This document shows positions 1 to 12,784 of a DNA stretch of 64,000 nt, piece after piece (within the stretch, counting starts at the first letter, position 1; the number at the start of each line of letters is the position of its first letter). Source of the stretch: Octopus vulgaris (Eukaryota). The position numbers and the translations under genes were made by a program. Where the stretch lies: positions 134,292,001-134,356,000 of the forward strand of contig OX597815.1 in assembly GCA_951406725.2 (NCBI GenBank). Direction: 5' to 3'. The notes under the pieces were generated by a model. That model was not told the origin of the DNA, ran no database searches, and saw only the letters and a program-made list of their open reading frames with translations.

Positions 1-144
1 GCCCCAGGCGAACATCGACGTCACCAGATAGGCCCGACACCGTCACGGTGTCCTTTAACCTGCAAAGAGAGATCTCCCTTTGCAGGTTAAAGGACACCGT
101 GACGGTGTCGGGCCTATCTGGTGACGTCGATGTTCGCCTGGGGC
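1..144. repeat. Near-perfect GC-rich palindrome, centre at 72/73, truncated by the window start
   Basis: Positions 1-72 are the reverse complement of 73-144 with one mismatch (68/77); each arm nests GACACCGT.ACGGTGTC. Confidence 0.9.
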
Positions 145-254
145 TAAATGCAACAGTAACACCCCCACCACCCTGCCCTGTCCCTAGCCATATTCAGATG
201 GCTTTAGTCCCTTATGTTATCGAGCAGTTACTGTCTATATCTCTTTTAGAGAAT

Positions 255-257
<3 letters not shown>

Positions 258-323
<66 letters not shown>

Positions 324-348
324 GATGTATATATATATACATACATAC

Positions 349-382
<34 letters not shown>
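258..382. repeat. (TA)n microsatellite
   Basis: Read directly. Confidence 0.95.
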
Positions 383-386
<4 letters not shown>

Positions 387-1548
387 ATGGTTCGGCTAGT
401 ACAGTATTTCTTGACCTACTTTGTTGAGAGTGTAGACGGAAGGCCTGGAATAAAAAGTTACAGCCCTTTGTTTACTGGAAGAGTAATGGCTTTTGGAGGG
501 ACCTTTGGCCTTGTGCCGGTCGATTGGGAGTCAGAGAGATGTGAGGGCCGAGGAAGATAGAGTAAGGAAGAATCTAGTGACAGTGAAGAAGAGGAAGAAG
601 AAAGTAGTGAGAAAGATAGAGTAAGGGATCTGAGAGCTGTCATGAGAGAATGACAGCAGCGCCGATAGAGATAGGCAGATAGGGCTGAGAGCAGATAGAG
701 AGAGTATGAGCAGTAGAGACAGATTGAGGAGAGTGATAGATCAAGAGGTTTTGAGACAGTCGGGATTCGGTCGTCAAAGCGGGCAGTCGGTTTTTTGGGA
801 GTCGAGGCGAGCGGTTGGAATTTAAGCAGTCGGCGGTCTTGGAGTATTGGGACAGAGAGAGATATATACAGAGGAATAGGCGGCGGTGGAGATGAGGTAC
901 AATATGAGGCGTTGGCTAATGTAAGGTACGTGAATTGTGTATTGATATGTGAAGAAAAAGAAGGACTAGGAATCGAAATGAACAGTGAAAAGAAATAAGA
1001 CAGTAAAAAGGAATTTAATGAACAATGTGAAATGTGTAAGGACATTGTGTACAGTGTTGTGATTTGAACATTGTATAATGACCATTGAACTGTTAGGCCT
1101 GTAATGTCCTTTGAACTGTATATGACTTGTTGATGTGTTTTGAAATAGAACTGTGTCTTCGGACGTGTACCTTTGAAATGCTGATGTATTGAACTTGATG
1201 TGTTGTTACCGGACGGTTATATTGTTACTTGCATGTTTAAATGCTTTGATCTGTGGTATGCCTGTATGATGTATTGAGTTGTTACTTGCATGTCCTCTTT
1301 AAATGTATCTGAAATGTATTTGATGTTGTAACAATTGATTGTCATATAAACTAGTTGTTAAATGTAAGCCAGTTGTGCCTTGCCTCTTTGTGTCTCTCTC
1401 GATTGCCTCTGTGCTGCTGCTGTTGTCGTTGTCGTATCTATCTCTCCTCTCCGAGTTTCCGTAGCGGGAACATTCGCTGCATCGAACGGGCCTGGGTGTG
1501 AGGGATTCCGTAACAGTTCGAATCGGAGGTCCTCCCACCCTCGTAACA
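383..1548. mobile_element. Probable solo LTR inserted in (TA)n
   Basis: TGTTA...TAACA termini, about 1.17 kb, no coding capacity, TA repeats on both sides. Confidence 0.5.
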
Positions 1549-1992
1549 ATATATATATATATGGAACAAAAACGGAATAGAGGGCATTAAAACGTTCGGA
1601 CAGATAGACAACACAAAGGCGGACAAGAGAAACAATTAGAAAGACAGGCAAAAAAAGACGGGTCATTCTTGGCTTTGTTTCATCAGTCAAGTACCAGAAG
1701 TCATGACCATTTCAGACAGTTACACGTAAGATGGTTCGATCTGATTGTCTCCAAAAATGTCTAAGACCCTTTTGTAAGAAAGCTAGCAATTGTGCATGGC
1801 AACAAAGACAAAAAATAAACAAACAAACAAAAAAATGGAGAACATGGTACACAATTACGAATACAACAAGAAATAACAACAGGTGTCTTTCGACTGAGAA
1901 CGATTCAAATTGAGCTGGCGTGTGTGAAGTGAAAGCCTAAAGGCAGGAACATGGGAGATGGTCACGACGTGTGGATGGCTGGAAGTCAGACC

Positions 1993-2027
1993 ATATATAT
2001 ATATGTGTGTGTGTGTGTACATATACA

Positions 2028-2073
<46 letters not shown>

Positions 2074-2243
2074 TAAATGTCTGTATATATGTATATATTG
2101 ATGTATATATAATGCGTATATAGATGTGTGTATGTATATATATATACACACACACATATTCATACATCTATCTATCAATATATATATATATACATACACA
2201 CATACATACACACACACATACATATATATAAATGCATACATAA

Positions 2244-2275
<32 letters not shown>

Positions 2276-2295
2276 ACATACACACCAGCACCATT

Positions 2296-2345
<50 letters not shown>

Positions 2346-2352
2346 CACACAC
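1993..2352. repeat. Compound (TA)/(CA)/(CT) microsatellite
   Basis: Read directly; source of several spurious ORFs. Confidence 0.95.
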
Positions 2353-3249
2353 ACTAATAAAAGAACTACACATACACACCACACTTTCTGTCTCGCACAC
2401 CCCATCAAACACACACTCGGCACGCCATCTTCAAAAGAACTTCCCTGATCCAATCGTGCTCTCTTTGTCTCTTTCGCTTTTACGCGATCTTCGAAAGAAC
2501 CCCTTTCCCCCACATCACATATATATATATATAAAAAAAAAGAAATTTGTACGGAAAGCGACGATTTTCTTCAGAAACATAAACAAATACCAAGTGCATT
2601 TTTTTTTGTGACAACTACGGTCCGGAGAAAGCTAATAAATACCTATCAACAGGAAAGATACGGATGCCTCTAGACATCCATGTGATAGAAAATGTTGATT
2701 GTGCCATACAAGTGTTGACGATATCATATATATCATCAACAGCTACCTAAAATATCCACAAAAAAAAAACTATCTTTCACGACATGGTTTACTGAGAGAA
2801 ATTTGGCAAGGTGGAAGAAAAGTACTTTCGGACTCTAGTATGCAAGGGAGGAGACAGGAGTCCTCTGAAACAACAGATTAGATTAGATTTGGAGCATATA
2901 AAAATGGGTTCCTTTCTCACATATCGCCTAATGAGTAAGCTTCCACACCATCGGCATTCTGCTCTTTTTATTTAAATATAAAATGTAAATATAAATATAA
3001 AATGGCAGAAATCCATTGAAAAGTTATCAGACTTCGAGGGTAGTGACTGTCATACTCTTTTTAAAAGTCAATTAGAAAAATTTGTGATAATCGCATAAAA
3101 CGTCTGTTGATGGTCATTTGATTTCACAGATTCGAGACCAGACAAATACCTGAAAGAAACGTTTTGCAACATATATTGGATTTTGTTTGTTTAGTCTGTC
3201 GACACTGAAAGCAAAATCCAGGGTGCGCCAGATACTCTTAAGAGAAATG

Positions 3250-4258
3250 GTGTTCGCGGTCGACTGACAACGCACTCTGAAGAGCAAATGCAGCACATCG
3301 TGGACAAACTTTCAAAGGCCTGTCAGAAATTCAGTCTAACTATCAGTCTGAAGAAGACCCAAGTAATGAGCCAAAGTGTCGACACCATCAACATCAACAA
3401 CTACAAGTTGGAAGTAGTCCATCAATTCACCTATCTTGGCTCTACTATTGCTGTTGACCTCCCGCTGGTCCCTGAGACCAACAGGCGAATCGGACAAGCA
3501 TCCTCCATATTTGCCAGGCTCACAAAGAAAGTTTGGAAAAAAAAATGGCGGCAAACACCAACATTGCTATCTATAAGGCGTGTGTCCATAGTACGCTACT
3601 TTACGGCAATGAGACGTGGTGTCTCTACTCCCGATAGGAGCGGCGTCTCAACGTCTTTCACCTTCGTAATTAGAGACGCATCTTGGATATCAAATGGACC
3701 GACCACGTCACCAACACTGAAGTCTTCAAACAAAGCCAAGATATCCAGTATACTCACCCTGCTCTAGCAATATCTTTTGCTCTGGCTCGATCATTTTACA
3801 TAGCATGCCGGATGGAAGGATCCCAAAAGATCTGTATGGGGAATTGGCCACCGGTACAAGAGCACGAGGACGTCATCTTCGTTTCAAGGACGTCTGTAAG
3901 AAGGATACGCAGTCGATTGATCTGGACGTCCTGAGATGGAAGGAGGCTGCAAATGATCGCCCACACTGGAGACAAATACTGCAAAAGAGGACGAAGAAGG
4001 CGGAAGAAAAATAGGAACTCGCCACCAAAGAAAAGCGCACTCGACAGAAGGAAAAGTCAGTAGCGCTAACAGAGAGCTCCTTCAAATGCAGTCGCTATAT
4101 GGCTGTATGCGTGACTTCCACTCCCGTGTGGGCCTGTACAGCCACAACAGACGCTGCACCACCATCAGCAACTGATACGATTTCTTCAGAGTCTCTCGAG
4201 ACTCTGAAGTCTTCATAGTCTCTCATAGTCTCTCGAGACCGACGGATGCCTACTATTA
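3250..4258 (+). mobile_element. RTE-clade LINE, 5'-truncated and frameshifted
   Basis: CQKFSLTISLKKTQVM, LEVVHQFTYLGS, RRIGQAS..F.RL...VW, MPDGRIPK..YGEL..G.R.RGR..LRFKDVCK. Confidence 0.9.
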
Positions 4259-4339
4259 ATATATTGAATTTTATCATCTTTCTTGGAGAGTGAAGACTAA
4301 CTTTTGGAGATAAAAGCCTTACTGTTGGTTGACCTGACA

Positions 4340-4530
4340 GTGAATTATCTCTTCCTGTAGCGTTCGAGACGTTCGGAGGAACTTGGCCACTAACCGCGAA
4401 GTTCTTGTCATCGTTGGCAGCTCGCCTTACCGAGGTGTCAGGTGATGCTCGTGAGGGCGCTTGGCTTTTTCAACGCATTAGCCTCGCCAGCATCCGTAGT
4501 AATGCTGCGAGCGTGTTGCCTTGCTTCGGT
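4340..4530 (+). mobile_element. CRE/R2-like non-LTR element, restriction-like endonuclease C-terminal fragment
   Basis: PVAFETFGG....KFLSSLAARLTEVSGDAREGAWLFQRISLASIRSNAASV resembles the C-terminus of CRE-clade elements. Confidence 0.65.
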
Positions 4531-4978
4531 GCATTGCCTTGTGGTGTGCGACCAACCGAAGCGCTTGGTGTTGGGTTACTGATTCCCCCCTCCACTTCTT
4601 CCTCTCAAATGATTTCAAAACAGTTTTAGCAGAAAGACTTAGAAGAATTAGGAAAAAGTTCTCCGGTAATTTTTTTTCATGTAAATAAATATTTATGTCA
4701 AGTTAAGAATTTGCCAGCAAAATCTTATAAAATGACAATGTCCTAGATGGAAATAAAATTTGGAAATTATGGCACAAAGTGGTCATTACAATATTATTAT
4801 GAACAATCATTTCGACAAAGTTAAGGCTTGCCAAATTAAAAAGAAAGCATCCTGTATGCAGGCCTAGAGGTAACCGGAGGAGCCAGTTGGCATGGCCTAC
4901 ATACATGGAAGAGAGGTGGGGACTTTGGTCAACGAATAATTTTTTAAAAACTTGTTCTAATTATTTAAGTCTGTTCTG

Positions 4979-5663
4979 GGATCATTTCCTTTTGAACGGC
5001 ACATGTCAACACAATTTCTAGTTAACTAAACACTTTAAAACTTCGTATAGAATGTGTCAAAATAAAACATTTTTTTCTCTTGGCTTTCTTGAGAAAATTG
5101 TAATTCGTTTGTTTAACGTAGTTTAATTTTTCGAATTTTAACCAATCAATCGCCTCTAATTGAGCAAAAATCATTTGCTGCGTTTAAAACTGAGACAACA
5201 TCCTGTCACTAACCCTAACCCTAATTTTTTTTTCTTAATTGTTAAATTAATTTAAGGATAACAATTAAGAAAAAAAACGTACGTATACGGATAGCGTGTG
5301 TATAAAATTATAGAATTATTTTGTTTGTTAATTGTTTAAATTATTTTCCATTGCTTTCGTTTTTTTACACGCGTAACAATTAAGAAAAAAAATTTAGGGT
5401 TAGGGTTAGGGTGAGGGTTAGGGTTAGTGACAGGATGTTGTCTCAGTTTTAGACGCAGCAAATGATTTTAGCTCAATAGACGCGATTCATTGGTTAAAAT
5501 TCGAAAAATTAAACTACGTTAAACAAACGAATTACAATTTTCTCAAGAAAGCCAAGAGAAAAAGAATGTTTTATTTTGACACATTCTACCAGCATACGAA
5601 GTTTTAAAGTGTTTAGTTAACTAGAAATTGTGTTGACATGTGCCGTTCAAAAGGAAAAGATCC
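4979..5663. mobile_element. Non-autonomous DNA transposon with ~245-bp TIRs and internal telomeric repeats
   Basis: GGATC...GATCC termini; 8-bp TSD ctgttctg/ctgttttg (1 mismatch); (TAACCC)n at ~5208-5224 and (TTAGGG)n at ~5394-5428. Confidence 0.85.
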
Positions 5664-7008
5664 CTGTTTTGTTACTTATAAGTACATCATGGTATTTATA
5701 AGCACCACACACACACACACACACACAGGGGCACGCGCGCACACACAAACACAATCACACACACGCACATTCATAATCCATACGTAAATCATGTATTTAG
5801 TTTTGATTACTAAATACCTAGTTAAGCAACTTGAAATGAAACTGCATTTCACATCTGGCCTGGTTTTTGTCCAGGCCTTCGCATGCAAGCTCATTCTTCA
5901 TTATATGATAATGAAAAGGAATTTCTCAACGATTATGCTAATCAAGTTAGAAAGACTACTCGACGTGAGTTTACAACATAATACAACATAATTATGGGTA
6001 CAACTCCAACTTCGTCACATACAGAACAAATTACATTGGTATTACAATGGGTTTATCTTGACATGGTTACTTGCCAATATAAAACAAGAGAAAACTTCTT
6101 GGTTTTGTTGATTGTAAACAAAAGTAAGTCGTTGCTGTGATCAAACTGATATTCGATAGGCTGAAAAAAAAAAAGAAAAAGAAAGAAAGAAAAAAGAAAT
6201 TTGCCTATCATAATGAAGACTGAAAAACGAGAGTAGGATGTTTGGTTGCTATAATGGTTGTGAAGCAATTCTAGATAAGTCTAATCCCATTTACTCTATG
6301 TACACCATACATTAGCAGTCGTTCTCGACGATAACGAATCCTAGAGAAAAAAGATTTTATTTCTGTTTCACTGTAGGGTATATCTATTACTCAGTAGTCA
6401 GCAAGAGATGCAAGCTAAGCTTTCTGCAATTTATATTCCTACTTTACAAAACAAAATTGTGTCCCTGTTTACTCCGAATCTGATTCCAAATCCAATTTCA
6501 AACGTAAGAAGCATCCAAACTTATGTAACAGACAAGATGTAATATGTGGAAATGTAGCATGTGAGCTGTAACAAGTTAGTAATTTATGGATGTGTTGAAA
6601 TGAATAGACGAAAGAGGATCAATACTTATAACAGACTTCATTCAATTGTTAAGTAATTACAAAACAGGGTTTCTTTTCTGTGGATCTCTGGGATCTTTTG
6701 AAGTTTTAAAATTTGGGGAAATTTTTCAAATTTGGTAACTTGATGTAATTTTTTCACGCTGAATCTGAAGTTGTTACTCACTTGTTCCAGAAACAATTTT
6801 AGAAAAATATTACTGCGGTTTGAAGTTTGTTTTCACTCAATCAGAAAACAGGATTTGGAAGCTCAATTTCTGCATGATAACTTTTGTTAATCAATATTTC
6901 AAAAAGTGAAAGCCAAAAACATATAGGATCTAACCACATTAAAATACAAATCATTAACTGAAGAAAACACTAACATGAACGAACAAAGAAGAAAAAATCC
7001 CCCATCAA

Positions 7009-7138
7009 TCCAGCACCAAGTGGTTCAGTTAGTTCACACCACAAATCGGTCACCCATCTAAGTACTAACTAGGCTTAACGTTGCTTACTTCAAGGATCGG
7101 ACAAGAACCGTTGTTTTCAATGTGATATGGCCGTAAAC
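7009..7138 (-). pseudogene. 5S rRNA pseudogene or variant
   Basis: The reverse complement GTTTACGGCCATATCACATTGAAAACAACGGTTCTTGTCCGATC...GTTAGTACTTAGATGGGTGACCG...GGTGCTG resembles metazoan 5S rRNA. It carries substitutions and extra sequence near the 3' end, and is a solitary copy. Confidence 0.85.
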
Positions 7139-7267
7139 TAAGTATGTTAATATCACAACACTACTGTAAAACCGGCCTGTTGCAAGAAAAAAAAAAAAAA
7201 AAAGAACCACCATCTAAAACGGCGCACTTCAGCTTCTATATGGAAAACATTTAATATTTCAGCCGTT

Positions 7268-7480
7268 TATTACGCTGCACACGTAAGAGAAAGCAGGGTA
7301 TTGTAATCACCCGTCTTTGTCTGTGAGTTTTCAAAATTACTGAGAAACGGCTGAATGGATTTTCACCAAATTTGGCAGAAATATTCATTGGATGAGTGGC
7401 TCGAGATGATGAACATTTGGTTTGATTATCTTAAAAAAAAGAAAAAAAATCGAATTTCAAATTTGCCGATAAGCAAGTGG
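7268..7480 (+). mobile_element. Helentron-associated (HINE/DINE-like) fragment
   Basis: TATTGTAATCACCCGTCTTTGTCTGT...AAACGGCTGAATGGATTTTCACCAAATTTGG pattern. Confidence 0.4.
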
Positions 7481-7837
7481 TCATATTTTGTTCACTTTTT
7501 TTTCATATGAATCGACCCTCGCCTGCGTGTGTATAGATCATGGTGTACCTACGTGCGTAGACACGTGCGCGTACATACATACATGTGTATGTATGCACGT
7601 GTATGTATGTGTACAGTGATGGATTCGAGGGTTCCGTTTATTTACGACTTGATTTTTTAATTTCACCGGAGTATAAACACCTTTAATGGTGATACTTAAA
7701 AAAAAGTTGAACTTACATATTTCCCAATGAGAAAGCGGTCATATTATTTGGTTCACTTTTTTTTATGAACTGACCCTCGTCTGCGTGTATATAGATCATG
7801 GTGTGCCTATGCGCGTAGATACGTGTGCGTACGTACG

Positions 7838-7885
7838 TACATACATACATACATACATACATACATACATACATACATACATACA

Positions 7886-7915
<30 letters not shown>
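7838..7915. repeat. (ACAT)n microsatellite
   Basis: Read directly. Confidence 0.95.
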
Positions 7916-7916
<1 letters not shown>

Positions 7917-8903
7917 GTGACTCTATGTCTGTGTATGTGTGTGTGTGAGGGTATGTATCGCACCTCCAATGCCTTTTTTTTTCGTTCGGTTTATAATCAT
8001 AAAATAAAAGTAATAAGCATTAAAAAATCGAATCACTGATCATGAAACACCGTCTTCGATGGTCAGGATAGAAGCAAGAAAGGAAAGATCGAAGTTCCCC
8101 CGCCAACTCCCATTCAGCGAATACACTTCAGGAAAAGGACCTCGAGGATGCCCTCTTCGAAGATACAGAGACCAACTCAACACTGAAAGCCATTGGATTT
8201 GAGCCTAAATCTTTTGAAATACAGGCCCGAGACCGTACCACTTACGATGTTCCATCACCATCGGAACCAAAAATTTCGAAGTCACCACAAGAGAGAAGGA
8301 AGAAATAAAACGACAAGAGAGAAATGTTTGACAAAATCAACCTCGCCTGCCAACAACATTACCTTTCACTCAATACCATCGACTCTTCCATGTAAGATAA
8401 GCGTTCAGCAAAGGAAAAAACCAAAGTGCCGACAGTTTTATATATGATAGAAAATGGCATTACCAACACAATGAGAGAAACCATTGATAAATGTCAGTAG
8501 TCGACTCAATATATGTGTATACAAAGAATTGAAGCACTTGAAGAATCAGATACGACTGTAACGCCTCTGTTGAAAATAGGACATATAATGTGCGTGTGTG
8601 TGTGTACACATACACATGTGGACTATATGAAGTATCCACTTTTCCATGCTTTTATGGATCAGAGATATTTTGCATGTCTGGATGCCCTTCCTGTTGCCAA
8701 CCCTCACCTATTTTCAAGTAATATTTCACTATATCCATGCATGTTTACATGGCAAAGTGGAAACGAAAAACACATCTTGCATGACACTGACACTTGTGAA
8801 AGCGTGTACGTGTGCGCATGTCAGTCTACATTTCTCAGATCGATGAAATTTGTAAGATATGTTATCTTTTACTTAAAAGAGTTTAAATACTTAATTTTAT
8901 ATT

Positions 8904-8943
<40 letters not shown>

Positions 8944-9070
8944 AAACTGAAAGGATCTTTTCTAAAAGATTTTAGAAAAGATCAAACTGAAAAACTAACT
9001 ACAATCTTATGAGAGAGAAGCGGTCTCCATCTGCTTGTCCGTCACAGCATCTATTAGAGGAAGGGAAAGT

Positions 9071-9216
<146 letters not shown>

Positions 9217-10034
9217 GTTGAGTGCTAGATTGATAGATAGTGTTGTTGTCACCATAGCAACTAAAAAGGTTTGATTTAAAACGCGGGAATTTTAAGTGCA
9301 AGCCTACAACGCCACGCACTTAAAAAAGATTAAATGTGTGTGTGTGTATTCGTTGTTTGTGTGTGTGTGTGGGTGTGCGTGCGTGTGTGACGCGTGTGTA
9401 CGTGTTCTGCGTCTTTCTACAAATAGACAATGCAACACAGACTTTATTTTAAAAACGTAGGATTCTAGAAAGGAAAAAAGTTTTAAAAAAAAGATCCAAA
9501 AAAAAAAAAAAATAGGAGTGGTGGTGGTGTGGAGTACTTAGAAATTTGGAAAGCTGTTTCTCGTGGGTAAAATCGTAAACTCCGTTGTCGAAACGGTATT
9601 CCAAAGAAATTTTGAAAAGAATAAATAAATAAACAAACAAATAAATAAATATGGTAGGGGGGCATGTCCACCTAGATGCGTTAATATTTCCACTTTCATT
9701 TTGTAATCAAAACCCAAGAGAATGCCCTAATGTCATTATCGTACTATAGACAGAGCATCATTCACAATGCATTTTCTCCTTTGTTGTTTTTGTTTTTGTA
9801 CCCCCAATGAGTATGAAGGCGGGCTTCGAAATAATGGAAGGGGTTTATTCAAGGCTGATGATGCATGACCAAAGTGAAAGCACGAGGTATAGTTGTTAGG
9901 GTGTTGTATTCACGATATCGATTCCCAGACGGATGCGTTGAGCTCTTGAGCAAAACACATTTATCTCATATTCCAGCCCATTCAGCTGTAAATGAGTAAC
10001 CCTACGACGAACTGGCGCCCCTTTTAGGGGAAAT

Positions 10035-10860
10035 ATTATGATACCGGTCACTTAAACACCATGGAATCCCAGTAACCGAGAGACTTCTCGAAGAGGATGT
10101 TTTTGCTCTATCTGAGGGTACTGACAGGGATAATTAGCATAAGATTGGCAGATCGACCAGTCAGCTGACTTCGAATACCATAAGACCCAGATGGTAAGAG
10201 CGTAATGTAGTACGTAAGTGTAAGGTGTGTAGTCATGATAAGGCAAGGGCCGGATGATAGGTACAGAAGAAACAGCTATGATTCAGTTGAGACTGGGCTA
10301 GGAGGTGGGAAAAAGATCGAAGGGATTTTTCGTATTCATGTATCGGTGATGGGAGCGTGTCGGGAATGAAACTAGCTGATGTAAAGAGTTGAAGATTATA
10401 AAACATTTGAATTCTGCACCGGTGACATCAGTATGGCATGAGTTTAAGAGCCAAAAAGAATGGTGAGCTTTGAAGTGACCAAGAAAGATGATCCAGGGAT
10501 GAATGAAATAAGGTAGATTTGCTTGATACTGGAAATGATAATGGTTGAAAAGTTAATAATGGTTCAAGGAACTCAAAGAGCGGTAGATGAAGCAAATATG
10601 TTTGGAGAACAAGGGAAGAAGATTTGAACCAGCGTAAGGGAAAACGGTAGATACGTATGTGCAGGCGTCAGGGAAGTTTGAGTAAAGAATACACTCTTTA
10701 TTTAGGAGAGATTGACAATAGATAGTAATTGAATAATTTGTCTCAGAGGGGAATAGAATGTTTGGTTTATGTATTAGAAAGAGATGTGTAGAGTTGTTGA
10801 ATTTAAGTTCATGCATGTTAGAAAAGAGGAAAGAGAATTATCTTGTAGATTTAGTTTTAG
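10035..10860 (-). mobile_element. Degenerate LINE, AP-endonuclease region (CR1/Jockey group)
   Basis: Remnants HL..HKPNILF.SET, ICFIYRS, DLF.TS, WYSKSADW...Y.NYP. Confidence 0.6.
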
Positions 10861-11253
10861 ATTTTGGTTCGTGGAAAGTATAGAAAATACCAGTGTGTCG
10901 TGAGGTAAGCCCCTGTCGAGAGCCTATTCCGAATACTTACAATAGAACGAATTGCGCAAAAGAGACCCATGGACCAGATTGTGGAATTAAAAGGGTTAGT
11001 GTGATGTGCCCATAGCTTAGAGAAGATCTATATACTTTCTATTTTTGCCTCAATGATTAAAATATCAGTCATTGAGCTGATGTTGTCTAAACCTCACTGC
11101 ATAAATATTTCTAATTAGATATTTAATTTTCGCTATATTAAATGTGTTAACTCTAAAATGTTAGTATATTAATATCTTTTCCGTTCAGATCGAAATAAAT
11201 TCGTTTGAGATACTTTCGTACAGTGGAGGAAGCGTCTGTCATAGAATGATTTC

Positions 11254-11272
11254 TGTGACGTCACATAGTAAC
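11254..11272 (+). promoter_or_regulatory. Overlapping palindromic CRE (TGTGACGTCACA) and RFX X-box-like site (GTCACATAGTAAC) upstream of the ARL3 ATG
   Basis: Motifs read directly, 20-38 bp before the start codon. Confidence 0.55.
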
Positions 11273-11291
11273 CATCGCTGGCGAATACACA

Positions 11292-11294
11292 ATG
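11292..11294 (+). CDS. ARL3: ARL3 coding exon 1 (ATG only)
   Basis: acacaATG|gtgagt is a consensus donor in a CpG-containing promoter-like region. The next exon starts with Gly2 in phase 0. Confidence 0.85.
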
Positions 11295-12746
11295 GTGAGT
11301 GACGCGTCTTTTGTGTATATTTATCTATGATTTAGCACTTCTTCTAACTTGACTCTTCTAAGCTTTTATTATTTCTGATATATTTCATATATCAACGAAT
11401 GTTACTGTTGCTTTCTACAGAGAACTGTTTTTACTGAAGCAATTTAAAAACATCACTATAAGAATGCCGTTGCCATCTCACTGATGATGGCGACCGTTTG
11501 AATGAAATGAATATCTTAATTCATATATCGCGTCTTTTCTGAAATAATTCCAGTATTTCAGTAGATTATAATTATAGTATAATTATAATATAATATAACA
11601 AAGTATGGTAATTGTTCAGTTTACGTTCGTAAAATCTAAACGTATTGTTGACAATATTGATAACTTTGATTTTAGTTTTAGTTGTTTTTTCTCAGTTCCA
11701 GTTTATTTTATATCTTTTTTGAGGCGTAGTTTTAGCTGCAAGTCTGTTTTATGAAGGGAAAGAAGAAAGCAGTAAGAAATGATAGCTAAATAACCAGTCA
11801 GAAATATAGATTTATGTGTGAGAGATACAGATAGATAGTTTTAAAAGTCGAGTAAATAGTCATTTTCTTCAAGCGAAGCTAGAAATCAGTTGTAAATAAC
11901 AGAATAAGATGATGAAGGGTGACAAGGATGAGTAAAGTATTAGATAATATATATACTTCAGTGTATTTAGTTATGTTCCTTCACCTTTCTTTACGAACGT
12001 AAACTAAACAATTACCCAAAGTATAAACAATAATACTTTGTAGATTTTATCCTGCTCTATCGCAGTTTTGTAATGAAATTTTTCCTGAACTAGGAGCAAG
12101 GCCAGATTTTATCGGTGATGAATCAGATTTATTGACTAAACTGTTGATAATTATTTATTGCATATAATAGAAGGAAAAGTGAAATTAATCGCAGCCAAAA
12201 TTGAACTATGAGCACGGAAGCACGTAATCAGGTATAATCAAAGCATATTATGTGAGGTTTTACTCTCTCGACCATCAATATTCCCCTTTCGAGGGTCTAG
12301 CTGGCGGACAACGTGTTACCTGTGGAAATATTTAGAATATTTTCACATACACACACACCATAACCATCACCTTCATTAACATCATCCATCGAAATAGTAA
12401 CATGCATTTTACACTCTACAGCAGATTAAATTTGTTGGATACACAAAATATAACTTTGACAACCAATCGAGGAAATTCTCTACGTGGTCTCTCCGTGTGC
12501 TAAAAATAGCAGCCAAACCATACCCCATATACTTGAAAATAGTCGGACACATTCGATAATGCAGTACTAGATACACATGTTTAAATACAAAAGACGGACA
12601 GAAAAGTTACGGCTGGAATGTTTTTAGTTATTGGTTTATTTAATCAGGGGTTGTTGATCTGATGTTTAAACGTCCACAATATAGCCTTGAAATTGTGCGT
12701 GAGTATGCACCCATTCACATATACAAGTTGGCGGGTGGGTGGGTGG

Positions 12747-12784
<38 letters not shown>

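Noticed and set aside
48-2611. ORFs of 100-195 aa near the window start
   Set aside because: They read through (TA)n, (CT)n and (CA)n microsatellites, a palindrome and an LTR-like repeat; low complexity with no domain.
5208-5428. True telomere or chromosome fusion site
   Set aside because: The tracts are short and symmetrically placed inside transposon TIRs.
8040-8450. Possible LINE ORF1 fragment or host exon
   Set aside because: No recognisable motif or splice-consistent frame; cannot be supported from the sequence alone.
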